DNA of 64,000 nt from an uncultured Thiobacillus sp. (GTDB taxonomy: Bacteria > Pseudomonadota > Gammaproteobacteria > Burkholderiales > Thiobacillaceae). Positions within the stretch are counted from its first letter, which is position 1; each line of letters begins with the position of its first letter. The DNA lies in assembly GCA_964623745.1 (NCBI GenBank), contig CAZUVC010000009.1, positions 10,221 through 74,220 on the forward strand. Reading direction: 5' to 3'. This document shows, piece after piece, positions 31,215 through 40,369 of the stretch. The notes below the pieces were generated by a model, which saw only the letters and a program-made list of their open reading frames with translations, did no database searches and was not told the DNA's origin. The position numbers were made by a program, and so were the translations under genes.

Positions 31215-31592
31215 ATGGCAACACAAGAAAAACCGCTCATCTGGGTCGGAGGATGCAAAAAAGACTTGATGGGCCTTCCTGCCGATGTGCGGAAATTCTT
31301 CGGTCACGCCCTTGACTTCGCGCAGCGCGGCGATCAGCACGACGCGGCGAAGGTGATGAAGGGATTCGGCGGGGCCGGCGTCCTGGAAGTGGTCGAAAAC
31401 GATATCGGCGGCACGTACCGCGCTGTCTATACCGTCAAGTTCGAGGAGGCCGTGTTCGTCCTGCATTGCTTTCAGAAGAAGAGCAAGAGCGGGATCGCCA
31501 CACCGAAAGAGGACATGGACATCATCCGCACCAGGCTGAAGGTTGCCGAGGTGCTTGCAAAGGAGCTACGAAATGGCAAAACGAATCATTGA
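31215..31592 (+). CDS. RelE/HigB (Gp49-like) type II toxin
   Basis: GTYRAVYTVKFEEAVFVLHCFQKKS; TATAAT at 31203 just upstream. Confidence 0.88.
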   Translation: MATQEKPLIWVGGCKKDLMGLPADVRKFFGHALDFAQRGDQHDAAKVMKGFGGAGVLEVVENDIGGTYRAVYTVKFEEAVFVLHCFQKKSKSGIATPKEDMDIIRTRLKVAEVLAKELRNGKTNH

Positions 31593-31908
31593 TGGCATTG
31601 AGGTCGAAATGGGCTCGGGGAATGTCTTTGCCGATCTCGGTCTGCCCGACGCCGACAAACTCAAAATCAAATCCGGTTTGGTAATCGAGATCACCAAAGC
31701 CGTGCGCAAACTCGGGCTCACTCAAGATGAGGCGGCTCGCCGCATGGGCATCACACAGCCGAAGGTGTCCGGCATGCTGCGCGGCGACTTCTCCAACTTG
31801 TCCGAACGCAAGTTGATGGACTGCTTAAATCGCTTGGGCTACGACATCGAAATCAAGGTGAAGCCTGCCGCTGAACCTCTTGGACATTTGGTGCTTGCTG
31901 TCGCTTGA
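31573..31908 (+). CDS. XRE/HigA-type antitoxin
   Basis: SGNVFADLGL, LTQDEAARRMGITQPKVS HTH. Confidence 0.88.
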   Translation: MAKRIIDGIEVEMGSGNVFADLGLPDADKLKIKSGLVIEITKAVRKLGLTQDEAARRMGITQPKVSGMLRGDFSNLSERKLMDCLNRLGYDIEIKVKPAAEPLGHLVLAVA

Positions 31909-32104
31909 CCGCTGTACTGGCGATCTCCAGTAAAGCCTGTGGTGCTTGCAGAACGATTTGATTTCGAGTTCGTATGTACGCTGAGATATTGACAAATTGA
32001 AAGAATTTAGGTTTGATGGAGGCCTAGTAGGGTCAGGGATGTGGCCAGACGAGTCTACTTGAGCAGCGCGAACGCCCCTTTGGGGCTTTATCAAGACCCG
32101 ATAA

Positions 32105-32132
32105 TATACACATAATGTATATTATGTTAAAT
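32105..32132 (+). other. dif: XerCD dif recombination site
   Basis: TATACACATAA-TGTATA-TTATGTTAAAT; spacer and XerD arm identical to E. coli dif, XerC arm divergent; KOPS converge here. Confidence 0.9.
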
Positions 32133-32325
32133 AGTAAAAACAGGTGGCCCTAGAACCTTTCGCAGTCGCCCTGACGAAATCCGAGCAACCCCTCCCCCCA
32201 AAAAAATCAGGTCTACCCAGCCGATCTCGAAGAGCGTGCCACGTAATTTCCCCGGGCACGTGATCGGCATCCACACCTGTGGCAGACAATGTGATCTGCG
32301 GTGCCGATCACAAGGCCTGCGCGGG

Positions 32326-33420
32326 TTAAGCAGTAATTTCCTTTGCGCTCAGCTGGTAAACGAAAGTGGCTGCCTCGAGGCTGTCGAGCCGCCCCGCCGC
32401 GTTTTCGCCTTGCGGATACATAAGGAAGGGAATCGGTGCGCCGCTGGAACCCGGCAGCCTGAGGTCGTGGGCGAAGTTGTAGGCCAGCCAGTTCATCTCC
32501 CAGGCACCGAAAAGCTTCTTTCGCGCAGCAACCACCACCTCGTCCTGCAGCGTGAGGCCGGGTTTCTCCTCCAGCACGACTTTGCGCACGTCGGCCGGAT
32601 CCACCGGAACCCAGCCGAAGCCGGCCAGCCAGACCTCGGCGCGGCAATGCTGTGCCTTGCTGATGTCGCCGCTTTTGCCCAGGCTCTTGTAGCCAAAACG
32701 TGAATCGGCAACACGCACGCCATAGACGTCGCGCGCCGCCAGACCGACGGCACGTGCCAACCCAACATACAGTGCGTTGAGGTCGGCGCACTTGCCACTG
32801 AGATCGCCGGTTTCGAGCATGAAGCGGATATCGCCCAGGCCGCAGCCGCGGGTTTTGGGATTGCGCTGCGTGTTGTCAACGATCCACTCGTAGATCGCCC
32901 TTGCCTTGTCGAGATCGGATTTCGCGCCCCGGGTGATTTCCAGCGCGGATTTCCTGACGATGCCGTCCGTGGGCAGCATCTCGGTGGCCTGGGTGTAGAG
33001 CGTGCGCGTGGCCTTGTCGAGCGGCGCGACCTTGCCGGGATGGCTCAGGTCGATGGCACGGTCGCGCGTGGCGAAGCGGCTCACGACTTCAAGCGCGGGC
33101 GTGGGTTCGCCCGCGTTCCAGCGAGCGGCAAGCATGCGGGCGCCATAGACCGGGTCGCGATATTCCTGCACGCTGGCGGCGTTGCCCTGCCACAGATTGC
33201 CCATCGGCCTGATCCAGACGGCATCCTCCACCGAAGGCAGAGGCAGCCAGACCTGCGTCGCGCCATCGGCGACGGGCTCGACACGGGTGGTGACCTCGAA
33301 CACCCGCCAGCCGTGGGCAGGCTTGGGGTCAAAGCTCACGTCAGCAGCGACGGCGAAGCGGCCGAGGCCGAGGCCTGCAGCGGTCAGTGCGGTTGTTCTG
33401 ATAAAAGTACGACGGTCCAT
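32326..33420 (-). CDS. Tat-exported transglutaminase-like protein
   Basis: DRRTFI Tat motif; GKCADL, QHCRAE and VDPAD Cys-His-Asp triad. Confidence 0.85.
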   Translation of the reverse strand: MDRRTFIRTTALTAAGLGLGRFAVAADVSFDPKPAHGWRVFEVTTRVEPVADGATQVWLPLPSVEDAVWIRPMGNLWQGNAASVQEYRDPVYGARMLAARWNAGEPTPALEVVSRFATRDRAIDLSHPGKVAPLDKATRTLYTQATEMLPTDGIVRKSALEITRGAKSDLDKARAIYEWIVDNTQRNPKTRGCGLGDIRFMLETGDLSGKCADLNALYVGLARAVGLAARDVYGVRVADSRFGYKSLGKSGDISKAQHCRAEVWLAGFGWVPVDPADVRKVVLEEKPGLTLQDEVVVAARKKLFGAWEMNWLAYNFAHDLRLPGSSGAPIPFLMYPQGENAAGRLDSLEAATFVYQLSAKEITA

Positions 33421-33681
33421 CTGGGGCATCCTCCATTTCAATTTCCCGCCGCGGTGCGGAAGCCACCGCGGCATACATGCCTCGAAAGAGGCGGCGCTAC
33501 GCGCCCAGTCGACTCAGGGCCGAAAGCTGGGCAGCAAATTCGTTTTCAGCGAGACAGCAGATCGACGAGCAAAGCGCCATTCCCGGCGCGGCGGATGACA
33601 GGAGCGCTGAATGCCACTGAATGGCCTCAGTTTAATAAGCATTCAGCGTTAGAAAAGGAAAAGGTTTTTCCTTGCAAATCT

Positions 33682-36600
33682 TTAATAGCCCCGTCCCGCT
33701 TGAGTGTCCTGGCGACGCTCGGAGAGATCTTTTCCCAGCCACAGCGCATACACCACCGGAATCAGGAACAGCGACAGGAAGGCGGCGGTCAGCATGCCGC
33801 CGACCAGCGGCGCGGCGATGGGCTTCATCACGTCGGCCCCGGTGCCCTGGCTAAACAGGATCGGCAACAGGCCGCCGACGATGACGGAGACGGTCATGAT
33901 CTTGGGACGGATCCGCAGCAGCGCGCCTTCGACGATGGCTTCATGCAGCGCAGCGCGGTCGGTCAGGCGGCCGGACGCGCGGAATTGCGCGATCGCGTTG
34001 TCCAGGTACAGCAGCATGACGACGCCGAATTCAGCCGCCACGCCGGCCAGCGCAATGAAGCCGACCGCGACCGCCACCGACAGCGGATAGCCCAGCGCGT
34101 AAACCAGCCAGAACCCGCCCACCAGCGCCAGCGGCAGGCAGGCCATCACCAGCGCCACCTTGCCGGCGTGGCGGAAGTGCAGATACAGCAGCAACAGCAC
34201 CAAGGCGAGGGTCAGCGGCACCACACACTGCAGGCGCTGTTTTGCGTTCTGCAGGTGCACGTACTGGCCGGTCCACTCGATTGCGTAGCCCGGCGGCAGG
34301 TGAACCGCCCTGTCCACCGCCGCCCGCGCCGCGTTGACATAGCCGCCGAGGTCGCCGTGCGCGATGTCGACGTAGACATAGCCCGCCAGCCGGCCGTTTT
34401 CACTCTTGATCTCGGCCGGGCCGTCGGCGATGCGCAGCTGCGCAATCTCGCCCAGCGGCACCTGGCGGCCGGATGAGGTGACCACCCGGCTCGCCGCCAG
34501 CGCGTCAAGCGAATCCCGGTAGGCGCGCGGATAACGCAGGTTGATCGGAAAGCGTTCGCGGCCGTCGATCACCACGCCGATGTTTTCGCCGCCGATCGCG
34601 GTCTGCACCAGGTCCTGCACGTCCGCCACGCTGATGCCGTGGCGCGCCGCGCGCACGCGGTCGATCTCGATGTCGATGTAGCGCCCGCTGACCAGGCGTT
34701 CGGCAAATACCGTGCGGGTGCCCGGCAGCTCGCGCAGCACTGCCTCGATCGCCTGCGCCACGCCGACGATGCCGTCGAGATCGGGGCCGCCGATGCGCAC
34801 GCCGACGGCGGTGCGCACCCCGGTCGACAGCATGTCGATGCGGGTGCGGATCGGATAGCCCCAGGCATTGGTGAGGCCGGGCAGCTTGACGGCCTGGTCC
34901 AGCCGTTGGATGAAGTCCTCAACATTGCCGCCGTCCGGCCACTGGTCGCGCGGCTTCAGCAGGATGGTGGTTTCCAGCATCGACAGCGGCGCCGGATCGG
35001 TGGCGGTGTCGGCGCGCCCGGCCTTGCCGAACACGCGCTCCACTTCGGGCATGTCGCGGATCAGCCGGTCGGTCACCTGCAGGATGTTGGCGGCCTCGTC
35101 GATCGACACGCCCGGCAGCGTGGTCGGCATGTACAGCAGGTCGCCCTCGAACAGCGGCGGCATGAACTCGCTGCCGCTGCGGCTTGCCGGCCACGCCATG
35201 CTGGCGAGCGCGAGCACCGCGATCAGCAGCGTGGTGCGGGGCCGCCGCAGCGCCGCCAGCAGCAGCGGCCGGTAGCCGTTCTGTAGCCAACGGTTGACCG
35301 GGTTGCGGGTTTCCGCCGCGATGCGGCCGCGGATCAGATAACCCATCAGCACCGGCGTGAGCGTCACCGCCAGCGCTGCGCTGGCGGCCATCGCGTAGGT
35401 CTTGGTGTAGGCCAGCGGCGCAAACAGCTTGCCCTCCTGCCCGGTGAGCGTGAGCACCGGCAGGAAGGACACGGTGATGACCAGCAAGGAAAAAAACAGC
35501 GCCGGCCCGACTTCCACCGCACTGGCGCGCGCCACGTCCCAGCGGTCGGGATTGTCGCCGGCACGCTCGAGATGCTTGTGCATGTTCTCGATCATCACGA
35601 TGGCGGCGTCGACCATGGCGCCGATGGCGATCGCGATGCCGCCCAGCGACATGATGTTGGCGGTGACCCCCTGCCCCTTCATCACGATGAAGGCCGCCAG
35701 GATGCCAAGCGGCAGCGTCACCACTGCAACTAATGAGGAGCGCAGGTGAAACAGGAAAATCAGGCAGACGAAGGCGACCACCAGCGATTCCTCCACCAGC
35801 TTGCCGCCCAGCGTCTTGATCGCGCGCCCGATCAGGCCGGATCGGTCGTAGGTCACCACCAGCTCCACCCCCGGCGGCAGGCCCGGCTTCAGCGCATCGA
35901 GCCGCTGCTTGACCCGCTCGATGGTGTCGAGCGCATTCTCGCCGTGACGCATGATCACGATGCCGCCGGTCACCTCGCCTTCGCCGTCGAGGTCGGTGAC
36001 GCCGCGGCGCGCCTCGGGACCGGTCTGGATCTGCGCCACGTCGCCCAGGCGCACCGGCACGCCGCGAACGTCACTGCCGAGCGGGATCGTTGCAAAGTCC
36101 TGCAGCGACGTCAGGTAACCGCGGGTGCGCACCATGTATTCTGCGCGGCCCATTTCCACCACGGCGCCGCCCCCCTCGCCGTTGCCGGCGCGCACCGCCG
36201 CGCGCACCTGCTCCAGACTGAGGCCGTAGTGCGCCAGCCGGTTGGGGTCGACCTCGATCTGGAACTGCCGCACCGGGCCGCCCACGCTCGCCACCTCGGC
36301 CACGCCCGGCACGCTTTGCAGTTCCACCTTCAGATAGAAATCCTGCACCGCGCGCAACCGGTCCGGGTCGTAGCGGTTGGCGCGGTCGACCAGCGCGTAC
36401 TGGAACACCCAGCCGACCCCGGACGCATCCGGCCCCAGCGTCGGCCGCACGCCCGCCGGCAGCTGCATCTGCGCCTGGGCGAGGGATTCCTGCACCCGGC
36501 TGCGCGCCCAGTAGGGATCGGTGCCGTCCTCGAACAGCACGTAGATGAAGGATTCGCCGAACATCGAGAAGCCGCGCACCACGGTGGATTTCGGCACCGA

Positions 36601-36822
36601 CAGCAAGGCGCGGGTCAGCGGATAGCCGATCTGGTCCTCCACCGTCTGCGGCGACTGCCCCGGATACGGCGTCTTGACGATGACCTGCACATCGGACAGA
36701 TCGGGTATCGCGTCGAGCGCGATGGTGCGCGCGCTCAGCACGCCCCAGATCGCGAGCAGCAGGCTGGCCAGCAACACCAGCCCACGGTTGCGCAACGACC
36801 ATTCGATCAGGCGGGCGACCAT
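33682..36822 (-). CDS. cusA: CusA/SilA-family heavy-metal RND pump
   Basis: LDAIPDLSDVQVIV, AIGAMVDAAIVMIEN and EFMPPL.EGDLLYMP motifs. Confidence 0.9.
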   Translation of the reverse strand: MVARLIEWSLRNRGLVLLASLLLAIWGVLSARTIALDAIPDLSDVQVIVKTPYPGQSPQTVEDQIGYPLTRALLSVPKSTVVRGFSMFGESFIYVLFEDGTDPYWARSRVQESLAQAQMQLPAGVRPTLGPDASGVGWVFQYALVDRANRYDPDRLRAVQDFYLKVELQSVPGVAEVASVGGPVRQFQIEVDPNRLAHYGLSLEQVRAAVRAGNGEGGGAVVEMGRAEYMVRTRGYLTSLQDFATIPLGSDVRGVPVRLGDVAQIQTGPEARRGVTDLDGEGEVTGGIVIMRHGENALDTIERVKQRLDALKPGLPPGVELVVTYDRSGLIGRAIKTLGGKLVEESLVVAFVCLIFLFHLRSSLVAVVTLPLGILAAFIVMKGQGVTANIMSLGGIAIAIGAMVDAAIVMIENMHKHLERAGDNPDRWDVARASAVEVGPALFFSLLVITVSFLPVLTLTGQEGKLFAPLAYTKTYAMAASAALAVTLTPVLMGYLIRGRIAAETRNPVNRWLQNGYRPLLLAALRRPRTTLLIAVLALASMAWPASRSGSEFMPPLFEGDLLYMPTTLPGVSIDEAANILQVTDRLIRDMPEVERVFGKAGRADTATDPAPLSMLETTILLKPRDQWPDGGNVEDFIQRLDQAVKLPGLTNAWGYPIRTRIDMLSTGVRTAVGVRIGGPDLDGIVGVAQAIEAVLRELPGTRTVFAERLVSGRYIDIEIDRVRAARHGISVADVQDLVQTAIGGENIGVVIDGRERFPINLRYPRAYRDSLDALAASRVVTSSGRQVPLGEIAQLRIADGPAEIKSENGRLAGYVYVDIAHGDLGGYVNAARAAVDRAVHLPPGYAIEWTGQYVHLQNAKQRLQCVVPLTLALVLLLLYLHFRHAGKVALVMACLPLALVGGFWLVYALGYPLSVAVAVGFIALAGVAAEFGVVMLLYLDNAIAQFRASGRLTDRAALHEAIVEGALLRIRPKIMTVSVIVGGLLPILFSQGTGADVMKPIAAPLVGGMLTAAFLSLFLIPVVYALWLGKDLSERRQDTQAGRGY

Positions 36823-36828
36823 CGCGGA

Positions 36829-38172
36829 TCAGGGTGCGGGTTTCGGCGTGACGCGCATGCGCTGCGCGGTGTCGGCCAGCGATGCGGCGGCGTCGAGCAG
36901 GAACTGGCCGTTGACCGCCACCTGGTCGCCCGCCTCGAGGCCGTCGCGGATCGCGATGCGTTCGGCGGTCTCGATGCCGGTCGTCACTTCCACCGGCATG
37001 AAATGCCCCTTGTCCAGCGCACGCATCACGAAGTCGCCGCGCCCGCTGCGCATCACTGCGCTTTTTGGCACCGACAGTACGTCGCGCGGGGTGGAATGCA
37101 GCGTCACCGCCACATATTCGCCGATGCTGCGGCTGCGCCCCGGCGGCAGCGGCAGCCGCACTCGCAGCGAACGGGTGGCTTCGTCCAGCAGCGGATGCAG
37201 GCCCTTGAGCGGAATGCGCGCCGTCTCGCCGTCGGCAAAGCGCAGGCTGACCGCATCGCCCTCCTCCACCCACGCCAGCTGGTCGGGATAGAGCGCGATC
37301 TCGACCCACAGCTGCGCCGGATCGACGCATTGCAGCACCTCGGTCATCGCGTTCACGCTCATGCCCGCGCGCGCCAGCACCTGTTGCACCACGCAGGCCT
37401 GGCGCGCGCGCACCGGCACCGGATTCAACGCCTGTCCGCTGCGGGCGAGCTGCGCCAGCAGCGCATCGTCGAAGCCGAATTGGCGCAGGCGCAGGCCGAG
37501 CCGCTCGCGGTCGCGCCGCATCGGCTGCAGGATCGAATCGAGCTGCTCCTCGCTCTGGCGCGTGCCGAGCTCGGCCTGCGCCACCGCGTCCGGCCCCTGC
37601 GCGCGCGCCAGGATCTCGCGGTTCTGAGCGCGCCGCTCCTCCGCCATTTTCATTGCGGGCAGCGCGCGCCGCAGGATGTCGATGTATTCGTATTGCAGCC
37701 CCAGGGCCTCCTGCGAATCGACCTCGAACAGCAGCTGGCCGCGCGCGATGCGCTGGCCGGGGCGGCTCACGTGCAAGCGGGTCAGGATGCCGTCGACATG
37801 GGCGGTCAGGCGCAGCACCGCGCTTTCGTCCGCCACCAGCGTGCCGTAGGCCGGCATGTCGTGGGTCAGTGGCGTCTGCTCGGCCGCCGCCAGGCGCACC
37901 CCGAGCTTGTGCTGGGTGGCGGTGTCCACATGGATCTGGCGCGCGCCGTCGCCGCCCGCCTCCTTCAGCGCCACCAGGTCCATGCCGCAGATCGGGCAGC
38001 TACCCGGATGGTTCTGCACGATGTGCGCGTGCATCGGGCACACATAGGCCGCCTGCGCCGGCGAGGCCAGCGCATCGAGCGGTGCCGGCGACAGCGCCGG
38101 GCGGGCGCCCAGCCAGTAGCCGCCCACCCCCGCCGCCACAACCACCGCCACCACCAGGAGCGTTTTCTTCAT
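36829..38172 (-). CDS. cusB: CusB-like adaptor with heavy-metal-binding domain
   Basis: YVCPMH..CPICGMDL; GQFLLDA C-terminus; ATG 38172 after GGAG. Confidence 0.82.
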   Translation of the reverse strand: MKKTLLVVAVVVAAGVGGYWLGARPALSPAPLDALASPAQAAYVCPMHAHIVQNHPGSCPICGMDLVALKEAGGDGARQIHVDTATQHKLGVRLAAAEQTPLTHDMPAYGTLVADESAVLRLTAHVDGILTRLHVSRPGQRIARGQLLFEVDSQEALGLQYEYIDILRRALPAMKMAEERRAQNREILARAQGPDAVAQAELGTRQSEEQLDSILQPMRRDRERLGLRLRQFGFDDALLAQLARSGQALNPVPVRARQACVVQQVLARAGMSVNAMTEVLQCVDPAQLWVEIALYPDQLAWVEEGDAVSLRFADGETARIPLKGLHPLLDEATRSLRVRLPLPPGRSRSIGEYVAVTLHSTPRDVLSVPKSAVMRSGRGDFVMRALDKGHFMPVEVTTGIETAERIAIRDGLEAGDQVAVNGQFLLDAAASLADTAQRMRVTPKPAP

Positions 38173-38218
38173 TGTGCGCACTCCGAACCAGGTCAGTTAA
38201 AAAGCACATCGCGCCGAC

Positions 38219-38240
38219 AAAAAAGGGGAGATCGCTCCCC
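38219..38240 (-). terminator. Rho-independent terminator after the MCO pair
   Basis: Minus strand GGGGAG-CGAT-CTCCCC followed by T6. Confidence 0.65.
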
Positions 38241-38298
38241 CCTCACCCATGAGTCCGCCCTGCCGGTCTCCGCCGGCATGACGCTGGCCGGAGCCGGA

Positions 38299-39333
38299 TC
38301 AGGTCACGTTGATGCGCGTGCGCGCCGTGCCCATCACCGCCCCGGTGACCCAATGCAGAAACTGGATCGTCACGGTCCAGGTGCCGCGGCTGGTCGGCTT
38401 GACGATGCAGTCGTAGCGCTCGGCCGAATGCGCTTCGATCGAACCGGTTTTCCACACCGCCGGCAGCGGCCGCGCGTCGGACGCCACGACGTCGACGGTC
38501 AGGCCGCCGAAATCGATTTTCTGCGGGTGGAAGCCGGCGCAGATGTAGCGCACCAGCAGTGTTTGCCCGAGCGTCATGTTCACCGCCACCGCCGGGTTGG
38601 TCAGCGCCGAATTCTTGCCGTCCACCCCGGTGATGATGAAGTACTTGGGGTTGAGGTTGTTCAGGCCGACGTCGCCACCGCAGGTGCCGGCCGCCCAGTC
38701 GAGATTGTGCCAGGCGGGATCGATCTCGTCCGCGGCCCAGATCGCCTCGACGTCATAGATCGGGCCGCTGTAGAACGCACGCCGGGTGCCGGGCGCGTCG
38801 CCGGGCGTCGGTTTGGGGTCGACGATGAGGCCGCCGTACATGCCCATTTCCGCGTGCAGCGGCGTATTGGTATGGCAGTGGTAAAAATAGGTGCCCGCGT
38901 GCTTGGGACGCCACTGGTAGGTGTAGGTGCCGCCGATCACGTCCCAGGAAAAGTGGCCGACACCATCGTTTTCTTCGGAAGGCTCGATGCCGTGATGGTG
39001 GATCGTGTGGGCCCACATCATGTTGACGTTCAGTTCGGTGTGGACGATCTGGCCTTCGGTCACGCGGATCGCCGGCGACGGGAAGGAGCCGCCCCCCATC
39101 TGGTCCATCTGGCCCTGCCCCGCATCCAGATCGGTAAAGCCCCAAATCGCGACCGAGTTGCCGTCGTCGAAGGTCATGCGGCCGTTCATGTAGATGCCGC
39201 GGCGGAATTTGACATTGGGCGTCACGCGACCCGGGGTCGCGGGCGATCCCGGGTAGATGTAGCAGGCATTGCCCATGCCACCGCCACCGCCACCACCGCC
39301 ACCCATACTGCTGCTGGTTTTCCTCTTGGACAT
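38299..39333 (-). CDS. Multicopper-oxidase-like protein A (T1 site and domain-1 ligands only, no evident signal peptide)
   Basis: HTIHHHG and YHCHTNTPLHAEMGM in domain 1; domain 2 lacks HxH motifs. Confidence 0.88.
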   Translation of the reverse strand: MSKRKTSSSMGGGGGGGGGMGNACYIYPGSPATPGRVTPNVKFRRGIYMNGRMTFDDGNSVAIWGFTDLDAGQGQMDQMGGGSFPSPAIRVTEGQIVHTELNVNMMWAHTIHHHGIEPSEENDGVGHFSWDVIGGTYTYQWRPKHAGTYFYHCHTNTPLHAEMGMYGGLIVDPKPTPGDAPGTRRAFYSGPIYDVEAIWAADEIDPAWHNLDWAAGTCGGDVGLNNLNPKYFIITGVDGKNSALTNPAVAVNMTLGQTLLVRYICAGFHPQKIDFGGLTVDVVASDARPLPAVWKTGSIEAHSAERYDCIVKPTSRGTWTVTIQFLHWVTGAVMGTARTRINVT

Positions 39334-39349
39334 ATCGCTCTCCTCGTTC

Positions 39350-40369
39350 TTATCTGAATACGATTTCAGTCATGGCACCGAACTGGTACAGCCCGCCGCC
39401 GGCGGTCTGCGACATCTCGTCGTGCAGGTGCATGGGGAAATGTCCCGTGGTAACCGGCGGATACGCATCGGGCGGCGCTTCGAAGGGGAAGATCGCGTCG
39501 ACCTTGCCGAGCTGGTTGCGCACGTGGATCGTGTCCTTTTTCCAGATGTGCGGACGCACCGTGCCACGGTCGGTGAGCCACTCCATGTGGTTGGCATGGA
39601 CGTGCATCGAATGCGCGCACATGCCGGCATTGAGCATGCGCACCAGGGTGCGGTCACCCAGATAGCCGGACAGCTGCGAGCGCGGATCGTACAGCGCGTC
39701 GCGCGCCGGGTCGGCATGGCCGGGCGCGCCCGGCGGCAGCGAGGTGAGGCCGTTGATGGTGAAATAGCGCGGGGTGAACTTGCTGGGGATCGAGGTGCCC
39801 TGCTGCACCGCCCTGTGCAAGGCCGGGTCGATGTCGTTGAACACCCAGAACACCTGCTTCCTGAACGTTGGGCTACCGGCGTACAACTGGTCGGACTTGC
39901 CGGCCGGCATGATTGCCAGCCCGCCGTGCAGGCCAAGGAAGCGGTTGTAGCTGGTCTTGTTGTCGTAGAAGAGATACGAGCCCGCCTTGCCGGTGGGGAT
40001 GGTGTAGTTGATAGTCCTGCTGTTGCCGGGGGTGAGGTCGCCGGTGCTGGCCAGCGGCGCATCGCCCGTCTTCAGCCCGCCGATCACCAGGTTGTGCGTC
40101 GTCGCCAGCAGGTTGACCACGGTGATCTGCAGCGTGTCGCCTTCCTGGCAGATGATCGACGTGGCCGGCACGGTCAGGCTGCCGGACGATTCGCTGTAGC
40201 CCTTGAAATACACCGACACGCCGTCGGGCATGCTGCGCGAGCCGTCGGTGATGTAGAAGGTCTTGCTGATCGTGGCCGCTTCCGCGCGCGGAGACCACGA
40301 CAGCGACCCCACGGTGAAGACACTGGCGAGCCCCGCCGTGCCGGCCTTGAGAAAACTTCTGCGTTCCAT
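39350..40369 (-). CDS. Multicopper-oxidase-like protein B (Tat signal, domain-2 ligands only)
   Basis: ERRSFLK Tat motif; HSMHVH and MHLHDEM in domain 2; domain 1 degenerate. Confidence 0.85.
   Translation of the reverse strand: MERRSFLKAGTAGLASVFTVGSLSWSPRAEAATISKTFYITDGSRSMPDGVSVYFKGYSESSGSLTVPATSIICQEGDTLQITVVNLLATTHNLVIGGLKTGDAPLASTGDLTPGNSRTINYTIPTGKAGSYLFYDNKTSYNRFLGLHGGLAIMPAGKSDQLYAGSPTFRKQVFWVFNDIDPALHRAVQQGTSIPSKFTPRYFTINGLTSLPPGAPGHADPARDALYDPRSQLSGYLGDRTLVRMLNAGMCAHSMHVHANHMEWLTDRGTVRPHIWKKDTIHVRNQLGKVDAIFPFEAPPDAYPPVTTGHFPMHLHDEMSQTAGGGLYQFGAMTEIVFR

Larger units (their letters stand above)
1..32132. mobile_element. Right-hand part of a GGI-like conjugative genomic island bounded by dif (left end outside window)
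   Basis: F-type tra genes and lytic transglycosylase diverge from MobH relaxase-TraD-DUF4400; cargo lies between them; TA pair then a dif site form the boundary; host-like genes follow. Confidence 0.8.

Noticed and set aside
31825..32094. 89-aa - strand ORF next to dif
   Set aside because: Overlaps the antitoxin and has no motif; at most a remnant
32105..32132. Plasmid-type pdif module site
   Set aside because: Only one site seen in the window, KOPS converge on it, and core genes lie to the right
39277..39305. Poly-Gly repeat as a phase-variation tract
   Set aside because: Units are multiples of 3 and mixed codons, so slippage would not shift frame
35746..39357. 1203-aa + strand ORF
   Set aside because: Antisense shadow of cusA/cusB/MCO in high-GC DNA; no recognisable motifs
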